This document shows, in pieces, positions 40,409 through 49,116 of a stretch of DNA of 64,000 nucleotides. The notes under the pieces were generated by a model that was given only the letters and a program-made list of their open reading frames with translations, was not told the origin of the DNA and made no database searches. Position numbers and translations under genes: made by a program. Within the stretch, counting starts at the first letter, position 1; each line of letters opens with the position of its first letter. Source of the DNA: an uncultured Bacteroidota bacterium (GTDB lineage: Bacteria; Bacteroidota; Ignavibacteria; UBA10030; UBA6906); contig CAVOYH010000004.1 of NCBI GenBank assembly GCA_963700635.1, forward strand, positions 704,001-768,000, given 5' to 3'.

Positions 40409-41123
40409 ACCTTCTCCCCCATAGAAAACATGTTGCGGAAGGGATGACAAGGTAAAGCGTAAAGAGGCCCGAGCGGTAGACATCACCAGCATCTGCCGCA
40501 ATGATCCCGTCAACCGTCCATTGCAGGGGGAGGAATGCCGACAGAAGATGTTCGGCCGGGACGGTGGCAGAGGCGAACACGATGGCGAGCAGGGTCAATG
40601 CCGCTACCGCGATGACAGGCGCCGAGGTTGAACCACCTCGCGCGCGCGCGTACAGGAGGGTGCAGAAGCAGGTGAGCAGCAGCGTGCCAAGGAGAAGGGC
40701 CAGCTCCGCCCGGAATAGCATTGCGGTGACGGTGGCAGGTCCGACAGCTGCCACGGCGAAGACCGCTGTTCCCCAGAGAACAAGGATCGCCGGATGACGC
40801 ACGAGGGCCAGCAGGGCGAACTGGTAATGCATGTGCTGTGTGACCGGCAGAGTCGTGGTCTTGCGAAGAATCCCTTCCAGTTCCCCGGCGAACACGGCCC
40901 CGATCACGGTCAGGAGAAAACATGACTCCACCGCCAGCAGGACGAGGAGGCCGGATTCATCCGTGTGCGTGTTGATGAACCGCTCAAAGTAGGCGCAGAA
41001 GAGTAGGTTCGCCACACCCAGGACGCCGATTCCTACACTCCAGGTTGCCGGATGATTCCGCCGCCGAAGTCTCAGCAGCGAGAGCAGGAGGGCACGCTCC
41101 GTGTGTTCTTTCACTTGTGCCAT
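40401..41123 (-). CDS. Putative ABC permease-like membrane protein
   Basis: About 6 TM helices, LPV, LP..W; overlaps both neighbours. Confidence 0.6.
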   Translation of the reverse strand: MAQVKEHTERALLLSLLRLRRRNHPATWSVGIGVLGVANLLFCAYFERFINTHTDESGLLVLLAVESCFLLTVIGAVFAGELEGILRKTTTLPVTQHMHYQFALLALVRHPAILVLWGTAVFAVAAVGPATVTAMLFRAELALLLGTLLLTCFCTLLYARARGGSTSAPVIAVAALTLLAIVFASATVPAEHLLSAFLPLQWTVDGIIAADAGDVYRSGLFTLYLVIPSATCFLWGRRYG

Positions 41124-41557
41124 GGATCTGCCGGGAAAGTACGGTCCTCGTGAAGAGGTATCTGCAACGGGGGACTCGGCGGTGCGGAAAAAATCTGAAA
41201 TTTCGAGACGCGGCGGGGGGCTTCCACAGGCACCGTAAGGATCAGCGTGTTCTGTGGAAGATGGATATCAAGGTGGGCCTTTGTTTTGGCCATGGCCATC
41301 AATGCGCCGAGGCCGTCCCGGCGGAGAACGTCGTGCAGGATCGCGGCATATCCCCGGCGCTGCAGGGTGAGCCGCTCCTTTTTCCGGCTCTCCAGTTCGC
41401 GCGATGTCATACGTTGAAGCGCATCCCGGTAAGCAACTGCCGCGCTCTCGGAGGGAGTCGTGATGGTGTGAGTCCCGGAATCCTGCTGCCGTTCCGCAGG
41501 TTGCTGTACAAGCAGGGCGGTCACGAATAACACCATCGGCACAAGATGGACGGGCAT
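41111..41557 (-). CDS. Hypothetical exported protein (148 aa)
   Basis: Hydrophobic N-terminus then QQP; RBS GGAG; fills the gap between two permease genes. Confidence 0.55.
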   Translation of the reverse strand: MPVHLVPMVLFVTALLVQQPAERQQDSGTHTITTPSESAAVAYRDALQRMTSRELESRKKERLTLQRRGYAAILHDVLRRDGLGALMAMAKTKAHLDIHLPQNTLILTVPVEAPRRVSKFQIFSAPPSPPLQIPLHEDRTFPADPWHK

Positions 41558-41565
41558 CGTACTCC

Positions 41566-42396
41566 TTAGAAATCTCTTCGTTTCAGGATCACGGCGGCGG
41601 CAAGGAAGAACACGCTGCCGGAGAGAAACGACTGAAGGAACGGTTTCCAGTCCATCTCCAATTGCATGATCTGCTTTGCGCCATTATCCTGCATGGCCGA
41701 AATCTGTGGAAAGAGATAAAACAGCCCGTCGACAACCGTGCGGTAGATGGTGTTTTCCGAGATGAGGTAGAGCGAGACCTCGCGGTTGTGCAGAATTCCC
41801 CCCAGGATAAACAGGTACAGATATGTCAGGATGATACTCGCAGCAGTGCTCCGGGTCCAGGTTCCGGCAAAGAGCACCAGCGCGTAGAGCGCGGCAAACA
41901 TAAACGTCATCGTCAACGAGGAGAGGAGAAGATGAGGATCCCATACCCCGCATCGTAACCCGAACACCAGCCATGCGCCCGCAAGAAAGTAGACGATGTT
42001 GAGCCCGATGGCCACCACCGCGCCGCAGTACTTTCCGAGCAGCAACTCCCAGCGTGAGATGGGTTTGGAGAGGTAAAGGTCCACCGTGCCCCGCTCCAGC
42101 ATGTCCGGGATCACCCCTGCCGTGGCGAACACGCCGAACAGGATGATGCCGGTGAACAGGCCGCCGGCCAGGCCTGCCTGCATCTGCCTGACGGCCTGCG
42201 CGAGCTCCTCGGGTGGTACCGGAGGGCTGATCTGCTGCCCGAACAACATCAGCACTTCTCCGTCGGGGGAGGAATTTACGGAAATGGCGGCGGCAATTCC
42301 GAGGAGCACCAGCGTCGAAATGCCGGCCAGGATGTACATCGTCGCTTTGGAGGAAAGCTCTCGCAGTGTCAGGCGGATGAGAATGAGGATACTCAT
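41566..42396 (-). CDS. ABC-2 type permease
   Basis: LTLRE, IPDMLERGTVDLYLSKPISRWELLLGKY, 6 TM helices, C-terminal KRRDF. Confidence 0.88.
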   Translation of the reverse strand: MSILILIRLTLRELSSKATMYILAGISTLVLLGIAAAISVNSSPDGEVLMLFGQQISPPVPPEELAQAVRQMQAGLAGGLFTGIILFGVFATAGVIPDMLERGTVDLYLSKPISRWELLLGKYCGAVVAIGLNIVYFLAGAWLVFGLRCGVWDPHLLLSSLTMTFMFAALYALVLFAGTWTRSTAASIILTYLYLFILGGILHNREVSLYLISENTIYRTVVDGLFYLFPQISAMQDNGAKQIMQLEMDWKPFLQSFLSGSVFFLAAAVILKRRDF

Positions 42397-43328
42397 GTGG
42401 GGATCTCCCGCTTGATCAGGTTGAGAAACGATTCCTCCAGCGTGCTGCGTTGTGGTGTCACCGAGGTGATCATCACGTGATGCTTCCGCAGCAGGTCGAT
42501 TACCACATTCAGTTTCGCCGCGTCGGGGACATGCGCGACCACACCTTCCGGGGAGACCGAGATGCCCAGCACCCGCGCCTCCGCTTCGGTGCGTACGGCG
42601 TCAGGGAGAGGCCCTTCACATCCGATCACATACGAAGATTCCGTCGTGGTGAGTTCTTCGACTGTCCCGACTTTCAGGAGTTTGCCGTGATCCAGAATGG
42701 CGACCCGGTCAGAGATAAGCTCGACCTCCGAAAGGAGATGAGAGTTGAGGAAGATGGTTTTGCCCTGGTTCCGGAGGTTTCGCAGGACATCGCGTATTTC
42801 CTTGCGGCCGAGAGGATCGACACCGTCCGTCGGTTCATCCAGAAACACGAGCGCCGGATCGTTCACGAGGGCCTGTGCCAGTCCGAGACGCTGCATCATC
42901 CCTTTTGAGTATTTCCGCACCTTGACCTTGCGCCACTCCAGCATTCCGACCAGGGTCAGCAGCTCTTCAATGCGGCCCGGGAGGGTGGCGCGTTTGACCC
43001 CCCCAAGGGCTCCGAGCGACATGAGCACCTGCTCACCCGTGAGGTATCCCGGGAAGCGGTGGTTCTCCGGGAGGTACCCGATCTGCCGGCGGACACGCGC
43101 CTGGGTGATGGGTTGATCCAGCACCATGGCGTGTCCGCTTGTGGGATGTGTGAGGGAAAGTAGGATCTTGACGAACGTTGTTTTTCCGGCGCCGTTCGGC
43201 CCGAGCAGACTGAATATCTGTCCGGATTCCACAGCAAGGGACAGCTGTTGAAGCGCATGGATTTCACGTTTGTTCCGTATCCCGCCGCGGTACACTTTTG
43301 AAAGCTGTTCACACTGAAGAGCATACAT
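42393..43328 (-). CDS. ABC transporter ATP-binding protein
   Basis: GPNGAGKTT, YSKGMMQRLGLAQA, FLDEPTDG, NSHLLSEVE, TLEESF. Confidence 0.94.
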   Translation of the reverse strand: MYALQCEQLSKVYRGGIRNKREIHALQQLSLAVESGQIFSLLGPNGAGKTTFVKILLSLTHPTSGHAMVLDQPITQARVRRQIGYLPENHRFPGYLTGEQVLMSLGALGGVKRATLPGRIEELLTLVGMLEWRKVKVRKYSKGMMQRLGLAQALVNDPALVFLDEPTDGVDPLGRKEIRDVLRNLRNQGKTIFLNSHLLSEVELISDRVAILDHGKLLKVGTVEELTTTESSYVIGCEGPLPDAVRTEAEARVLGISVSPEGVVAHVPDAAKLNVVIDLLRKHHVMITSVTPQRSTLEESFLNLIKREIPT

Positions 43329-43342
43329 GGAAGAGTCCTTTT

Positions 43343-44581
43343 TTACCTGAGTCCGGAAGTCGCTTCGACAAAGCGCTCCCGCATCCGTGCGCCGTCTTTT
43401 GCGTCGGCGAAATGCTCCTGCACAAACGCCTCGATGGCTTTGGCGCGCTCGGTCAGGTGATCGGGTGACATGTAGCCGGGGTCGAAGAAACCGGGCTTTT
43501 CACGGGGTACCCGGGCAACCTTCTGGCTTATCCGGACCAGTCCGTAAGGGTCGTACCCTGCGCGTGCAAGCAGCACGGCAGCAATCCTGTCGGCCTCGAG
43601 TTCATACGCAAAAAGCCGTGGCGCAACGATGTGTTCGTAGGTCTTGTGCACGAGGTCGTCCATTTCCGCTTCGTCGGCCGATTTCTCTCCGGTATCTTCT
43701 TCCAGTTCGGCATAGGCATCATCCGCCTTGATGTGCACCTTTCGTTTGGTGATTTCCTGCATGCCGTGACGGCGGAACACATGAGCCATTTCGTGGGCGA
43801 CGATCGCGGCGATCTCCGATTCGTCTGTGCACATCTGGAGCGCGCCTTTTGTGATAAAGACATATCCTCCCGGCAACGCGAATCCGTTCACAGTCGGTTC
43901 GTCGAGAATGAAGAAAGAGAAATCCCAATCGTACGCCGGCGATCCCTCGGCAAGGGCGACGGCGATCATGTTCGTGTATTGCAGCATGTGCCTGTTCTTC
44001 ACGAATCCCCGCGCCCCGAGCCGTGCCGCTACCCCGAGACCGATCTGTTGTTCGCTGATGCCGGCGTCATACTCAACGGGCGGGAGGTCCAGATCATCCA
44101 TAGAAAGAATCCCTTCAAGCGCAGGCCGGGTTGCAAGCAGGGGTGTGCGGAACCCGACAAACTCCGCTTCGTTGAAAGCCTTGACGGAATTCTTGAGCAC
44201 CGTTTCGACACTTCCGGGAGGAGTCTTATCCCGCTTCTCGGCGAAGCCGCGGATCGCTGCCGAGACGCCTGCCCGCGACGCCTTCGGAGAACTCCAGACA
44301 TTTTCCAGCGCGACCAGCCGGGAAGCCACAGGTTTTGACTCGGTCAGACAGTTCGCCGACATCCATCCGCTTTTTTTGTCGGAAAGCCGGACCTTGAGCC
44401 AGCTTGTCTTTTGTTCCTGGATGGTGACGATGGAATTCTCCGGGACCACGGCGATGAGCGTGAAGTAGGAGCCCGGACCCTCCCGGACATAGTTGTCAGC
44501 CCGTTTTGTATAGGCCGTCTCCGAGGCTTCGCCGGAACAGAAGAAGAGGGGCAGGGCGAGACACAGCACGAGCGTTTTCAT
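43343..44581 (-). CDS. Exported SH3b-domain / M48 metalloprotease fusion
   Basis: Signal peptide; SH3 (YVREGPG...WLKV...GWM); M48 VNGFALPGGYVFITKG, AHEMAH (HExxH), ELEAD, AGYDP. Confidence 0.88.
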   Translation of the reverse strand: MKTLVLCLALPLFFCSGEASETAYTKRADNYVREGPGSYFTLIAVVPENSIVTIQEQKTSWLKVRLSDKKSGWMSANCLTESKPVASRLVALENVWSSPKASRAGVSAAIRGFAEKRDKTPPGSVETVLKNSVKAFNEAEFVGFRTPLLATRPALEGILSMDDLDLPPVEYDAGISEQQIGLGVAARLGARGFVKNRHMLQYTNMIAVALAEGSPAYDWDFSFFILDEPTVNGFALPGGYVFITKGALQMCTDESEIAAIVAHEMAHVFRRHGMQEITKRKVHIKADDAYAELEEDTGEKSADEAEMDDLVHKTYEHIVAPRLFAYELEADRIAAVLLARAGYDPYGLVRISQKVARVPREKPGFFDPGYMSPDHLTERAKAIEAFVQEHFADAKDGARMRERFVEATSGLR

Positions 44582-44598
44582 AACGTACGCCTTCCTGG

Positions 44599-46785
44599 TT
44601 ATTTTGAAAGAAGCGTGTACACTCCATCCCAGTCCTCAGGCAGCGTTGCCTTCTGCAACTCGGCGCATCGGTGTATATAGGCGGCCGAGGGGCCATCCCG
44701 GGGGTCGAGTGTTAATATTTTCTTAAACTTGTCTGCGGCTTTCTCAAATTCGCGCTTCCGGTACACGGCAAGTCCCTCTTCAAACAGCCCGATCTTCTCC
44801 TCCACGGCCGCCCCTACGGTGCCGCGGGCTCCGACGAGCTCGTAGATGCGCACGGGGATCGCCTTGCCCTTAACACGGATCATATCCAGTTGCCGCGCCA
44901 CAATCCACTCCTGCGCCTGATCATGGGTCGTCTCACTGATAAGAATCGTGGTCCCGAACAGCTTGTTCACACCTTCCAGGCGCGACGCCAGGTTCACCGT
45001 ATCACCAATGGCGGTATAGTCCAGCCGGCTGCTGCTCCCGATGTTCCCCACCACCATCTTGCCCGTGTTCAGCCCGATACGGGTGACGAAGACGGGCATC
45101 CGCGGATCGTGATCCGGCCGCGCATGATGTGCAGCAAGCGCATCCTGGATTTCCAGCGCCGTCAGGCAAGCCACCTTTGCATTGTCGGGTCGCGGGATGG
45201 GCGCTCCGAACACGGCCATAATCGCGTCGCCGATGTACTTGTCGAGCATGGCCTCGTTTTTCAGAATCACGTCACTCGCCAGAGAAAAGTACTGATTCAG
45301 GAAGTAGACGAGGTCCTTCGGCGTGAACAACTCGGCGATGGAGGTGAAGTCTTTGATATCGGAGAAGAACACCGTTGCTTCAATGGTCTTCCCGCCGAGT
45401 TCCACCTGCTTGGCATTGTCAAGAATATCGGCGACGACGTTCGGACTGAAATACCGGTTGAAGACTTTGCGGAGTGCGCGTTTCTGCTGGCCTTCAGCGG
45501 CGTAGCTTACAACCGCTGCAATGGCATACGTGGACGCAAGCCCCAGAACCGGTTGGACAACCGGGAACCATGCCGAGTACTGTCGGAACAACAGGTAGAC
45601 GGCAGCCGCATAGACGGCCATCAACAGTCCGACAAAGAGGGAAGCGAGGCCGACACGAAGAAACCGGAAGAACATCCAGGCGGAGCAGAAGGAGAGCAGC
45701 ACCGTGATCAGCACGCCGGTCCACCACGGTGTGCGCCATACGCCATGTCCGTTCAAGAGATTGCTCAGCAATGTAGCCTGGATCTCCATCCCGGGGTATT
45801 GCTCCAGAAACGTAAACGGCGTGGGCTTAAAATCATACAGCCCGGCAGCGGAACCGCCGACAATCAATACTTTGTCCCGGAAGATCCGGGGTGGCACATC
45901 GGGTGGAAGTCCCTGGCGGATTTTTGCCGCCGACACAATGAGGGCGTGGGCTGAATAATAGCGGAAAACACCGTCCGGGCCGCCCCGACCGTACCAGTAC
46001 AATAGCTTGTCCCCCTGACTATCCACCGGGATGTGAGCGAGAGGGGTGGAGTTTCCCGCCGCTCCGGCATGCTGCAAAACGTCATAACATGCGGCGGCGA
46101 ACTGAGGGATGGCCGCATTACGATATGCATAGAGGATGGGCGCGCGGCGAGCGATACCGTCGGCATCACTGCTAAAATTTGTCGCCCCGAGTCCGGCTGC
46201 CGGGTTCTGAAAAATCAAGAGCGGGGCGGCGGCGCGGTCGTATGCGGTGGACCGATGCTCCGGACCGCGGGCAGGGCGGAGATGCCGTGAAAGCACTGAA
46301 TCGCCCGGCTGATCGCCTGATTCCTGAATGCCCAGGTTGATCCCCAGAACCACGTTGCCTGCCACGCCCATGGCATCGGCAAACAGCCCGTCCGATTCGG
46401 CGCCGTCAACTTCTAGCCGGTCGGTATCGTGCTGTGAGAGATCATAATCGAATGCAACGAGCCGGGGTTTTCCCTGTTCCAGGTATTCCAGGAGCAACCC
46501 GTAATACTCCCTGGGCCACGGCCATTTTATACGCCAGGTGCGTTCAATGAAATCAAGACTGTTCTGGTCGACCGCGACAATCACGATGGATGTATCGGCC
46601 CATTCCGCGTGCGCGCCATAGCGGAAGCGGAGATCGAGCGTCTGGAGCTCGAGGGTGTCAAAAAGGGAGAGCGCGGAGAGGCCCAATGCAATACCGCTGC
46701 CCAGAAGCACAACAGTCAGGATTCTGGCAGGTCTGGAGTTCTGAAGAGTATCCGCGATAGATCGAAGCGTGATCATCAGGCACAA
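44599..46785 (-). CDS. CHASE2-domain class III adenylate cyclase with C-terminal TPR-like tail (start approximate)
   Basis: CHASE2 (IVIVAVDQ.S, WPWPR, D.DGIARR, KVLIVG, YPGMEIQA), 3 TM helices, FSDIKDFT, DKYIGDAIMA, DYTAIGDTVNLASRLEG, WDGVY. Confidence 0.93.
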   Translation of the reverse strand: MCLMITLRSIADTLQNSRPARILTVVLLGSGIALGLSALSLFDTLELQTLDLRFRYGAHAEWADTSIVIVAVDQNSLDFIERTWRIKWPWPREYYGLLLEYLEQGKPRLVAFDYDLSQHDTDRLEVDGAESDGLFADAMGVAGNVVLGINLGIQESGDQPGDSVLSRHLRPARGPEHRSTAYDRAAAPLLIFQNPAAGLGATNFSSDADGIARRAPILYAYRNAAIPQFAAACYDVLQHAGAAGNSTPLAHIPVDSQGDKLLYWYGRGGPDGVFRYYSAHALIVSAAKIRQGLPPDVPPRIFRDKVLIVGGSAAGLYDFKPTPFTFLEQYPGMEIQATLLSNLLNGHGVWRTPWWTGVLITVLLSFCSAWMFFRFLRVGLASLFVGLLMAVYAAAVYLLFRQYSAWFPVVQPVLGLASTYAIAAVVSYAAEGQQKRALRKVFNRYFSPNVVADILDNAKQVELGGKTIEATVFFSDIKDFTSIAELFTPKDLVYFLNQYFSLASDVILKNEAMLDKYIGDAIMAVFGAPIPRPDNAKVACLTALEIQDALAAHHARPDHDPRMPVFVTRIGLNTGKMVVGNIGSSSRLDYTAIGDTVNLASRLEGVNKLFGTTILISETTHDQAQEWIVARQLDMIRVKGKAIPVRIYELVGARGTVGAAVEEKIGLFEEGLAVYRKREFEKAADKFKKILTLDPRDGPSAAYIHRCAELQKATLPEDWDGVYTLLSK

Positions 46786-46824
46786 ACATACGTGATCCCC
46801 TTAAAAAAGGCAAGTTTTGATGGG

Positions 46825-46856
46825 TTGCTTGTTGTAAGAGAATCATGTACATTCTC
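46825..46856 (+). promoter_or_regulatory. Putative sigma70 promoter overlapped by an inverted repeat (possible operator)
   Basis: TTGCTT-N17-TACATT (46825-46853); GAGAAT-N7-ATTCTC at 46838-46856 covers the -10. Confidence 0.45.
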
Positions 46857-46910
46857 CACGATAACGCGACGTGGTCGCACACATCATGCTCACAAGCCTT
46901 GAGGGAGTCT

Positions 46911-47459
46911 ATGAAACTTGTTTCTACGTGCCTTGCGCTCTGCCTCCTGATGCTCACCGTACCCGCGATGAGCCAGCAACAGCGGGGAGATGTGGAGCTT
47001 CAGTTCCAGGGTTACTATTTTACCACGGTGGGAACAGACTTCACTTTCGGCTCCGGAAGCCTGTCGGCGAAAATCGGCCCGTATCTCACAGACAACCTGC
47101 AGGTCGGTATCGGCCCGACACTCACTATCACGACCATGACGGAAACGACGTTTGACCCGGCGACATTCCAGATCAAACAGGATACCAAGACAACGACGAC
47201 GTTCGGTTCCACCGCGTTCTTTGTCTATTCTTTCCTCATGCGTAACGCCAAAGCTGTGCCGTATATCGGCGCGCAGTACTTCAAGCAGGACTTCAGCGAC
47301 TCCGACGATAAGGGAAGCGTCGGCGTGAGTCTGGGAATGAAATATTATTTTGCGAAGAAGACCGCCCTTGATATGAGCGGCAACTACCTGTTCACCCTGA
47401 ACAAAGACGCTGAGGGTGGCATACTCTTTTTCGCAGTCGGTCTCAGTTTCCTTTTGTAA
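46911..47459 (+). CDS. Small outer membrane beta-barrel protein (about 8 strands)
   Basis: RBS GAGGGAG, signal peptide, alternating strands (VPYIG, VGVSLGMKYYF, FAVGLSFLL). Confidence 0.82.
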   Translation: MKLVSTCLALCLLMLTVPAMSQQQRGDVELQFQGYYFTTVGTDFTFGSGSLSAKIGPYLTDNLQVGIGPTLTITTMTETTFDPATFQIKQDTKTTTTFGSTAFFVYSFLMRNAKAVPYIGAQYFKQDFSDSDDKGSVGVSLGMKYYFAKKTALDMSGNYLFTLNKDAEGGILFFAVGLSFLL

Positions 47460-47480
47460 TAGTACTGCTGCCGGGACGTT

Positions 47481-47534
47481 GGGTTGCCCGCAGACGCAGG
47501 CCTTGCCGCCTCCTGCGGGCACCCGTGTTTTCTT
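47481..47534 (+). terminator. Intergenic stem-loop with T-rich tail (terminator or mRNA-stabilising hairpin)
   Basis: GGGTTGCCCGCAG ... CTGCGGGCACCC followed by GTGTTTTCTT. Confidence 0.5.
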
Positions 47535-47556
47535 ATGGACCAGGGAGCCCTCACCC

Positions 47557-49116
47557 ATGACATGCTCATTTATCTCCCGTGTTGCTCTGTCTCCACGACT
47601 GCACTTCCTCCAGGCCGTCTGTTTCGGGCTGCTGTGTCTGGCGCCGGCATCGGGCTACGCACAGGACATGCGGCTGACCGCCCACGGCATTCTGTCCATG
47701 GAGGGAGAAGACGATGTGACGGCCCTTGCCTTTTCCTCCGACGGGAACCTGCTGCTGTCCGGCGATGAATCCGGGCGTATTCAAGTCTGGGACCTCGCGC
47801 GCCGGGTTTCCACCGCGTCAGCCCGTATGGACAACGACATACTCTTTGTCTCATTCCTCTCCAACGACCAGAGTTTTGTTGCCGTGGACGAGCGGGGCTA
47901 CGTGACGGTGGTTGACCTGCTCAAGGGTTCCGCAGGGATGACCTTCGAAACAAAAGGGACTCCGGTGCGCGTGACCGTTGATGCCGGGAAACGTTACCTG
48001 GCGGTTGCAAACAGCGACGAACAGATTGAGATGTTTGATCTTAAAGCCCGCGTTCCGGCAGGTACGCTGAATGCCGGGGAAAAGCTGGAGGATGTGCTGT
48101 TCCTGGGATTTGACCGTCTGGGGCAGCAGCTTGTGGCCGTGCTCCCCTATGGCGATGTGCATAGCTGGAACCCGGCCACGATGAAGCCGCTCCGGAGTAT
48201 GGTTCTCGCGGGGGGAGAATTACACGGCTCCAGAGCCGTGGTGCATGCCGCAGCGACCAACCGCGCCACGAATGTGTTTGCCGTCTCCCTGGAAGAGGTC
48301 GCTCTGCCGAAAGGCGGAATCCACAGCGGCCGTGACCTTGAACGCCGTGCGATGCTGATTGCGTACGACTGGTCGAGTGGCACCGAGGTGAAACGGGTAA
48401 AGATCCCCATTACGGTGGAACGGATGGCCATGGGACCGGGTAATGATCACCTTGCGGTCTCCGGCGACGATGATAACACGATCACGCTTGTGGACCTCCG
48501 CAAGGGAGAACAGGGGAGCGTTGTGACGATGGACCGTTCACCCCGCGTGCTTTCTGTTTCCGATGACAATCGCTGGCTTGCCGCAGGCGGATCGGACGGT
48601 GTTGTTGCCGTGTGGACCATCCAGTTCAAAGGCGAAGCCAGCGTGGCGACATCATCCCTGCCTTCGTTGTCCGGACGAATTCGCACGCGCGGTAGCACAC
48701 AACCCGCGCTGACGGCAGGAGAACCGGTGAAGATGGCGATTCTCTCCTTCGAGGCCCGCGGCATTGCCCCCGACGTTGCAGAGATCACCCTCAGCTCGAT
48801 CTCCAATGCGCTGGCCAACTTTGACTATGTGACGCTGGTTGAGCGGAAACAGATCGAGACTATCCTGAAGGAACAACAGTTCCAACTCAGCGGCCTTACG
48901 GAAGAAGAAGGAGTGAGTGTGGGGAGGATACTGAAGGCCGATCTCGTCCTCCTGGGCAGTGTGGGAAAACTGGGGAGCAGCATTGTCTTTTCGATGAGAC
49001 TGATCTCCGTTGAAACGGGGAAGGTTCTGAAAGGACGCGAGGTGATCTGCGAGGAATGCCGGGATCAGGACATCTATGACGCCATAAACATGCTGGTATC
49101 CACCATAGCACAATGA
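47557..49116 (+). CDS. Exported WD40 beta-propeller protein with C-terminal CsgG/HfaB (TolB-N-like) domain
   Basis: Signal GYA-QD; WD repeats (VTALAFSSDGNLLLSGDESGRIQVWD, WLAAGGSDGVVAVW); AILSF...LVERKQIETILKEQQFQLSG...VGRILKAD..LLGS...MRLISVETG. Confidence 0.85.
   Translation: MTCSFISRVALSPRLHFLQAVCFGLLCLAPASGYAQDMRLTAHGILSMEGEDDVTALAFSSDGNLLLSGDESGRIQVWDLARRVSTASARMDNDILFVSFLSNDQSFVAVDERGYVTVVDLLKGSAGMTFETKGTPVRVTVDAGKRYLAVANSDEQIEMFDLKARVPAGTLNAGEKLEDVLFLGFDRLGQQLVAVLPYGDVHSWNPATMKPLRSMVLAGGELHGSRAVVHAAATNRATNVFAVSLEEVALPKGGIHSGRDLERRAMLIAYDWSSGTEVKRVKIPITVERMAMGPGNDHLAVSGDDDNTITLVDLRKGEQGSVVTMDRSPRVLSVSDDNRWLAAGGSDGVVAVWTIQFKGEASVATSSLPSLSGRIRTRGSTQPALTAGEPVKMAILSFEARGIAPDVAEITLSSISNALANFDYVTLVERKQIETILKEQQFQLSGLTEEEGVSVGRILKADLVLLGSVGKLGSSIVFSMRLISVETGKVLKGREVICEECRDQDIYDAINMLVSTIAQ

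Noticed and set aside
46786-46910. Canonical CRP site beside the adenylate cyclase gene
   Set aside because: Only half-sites (CGTGA, TCACA) are present, not in the TGTGA-N6-TCACA arrangement.
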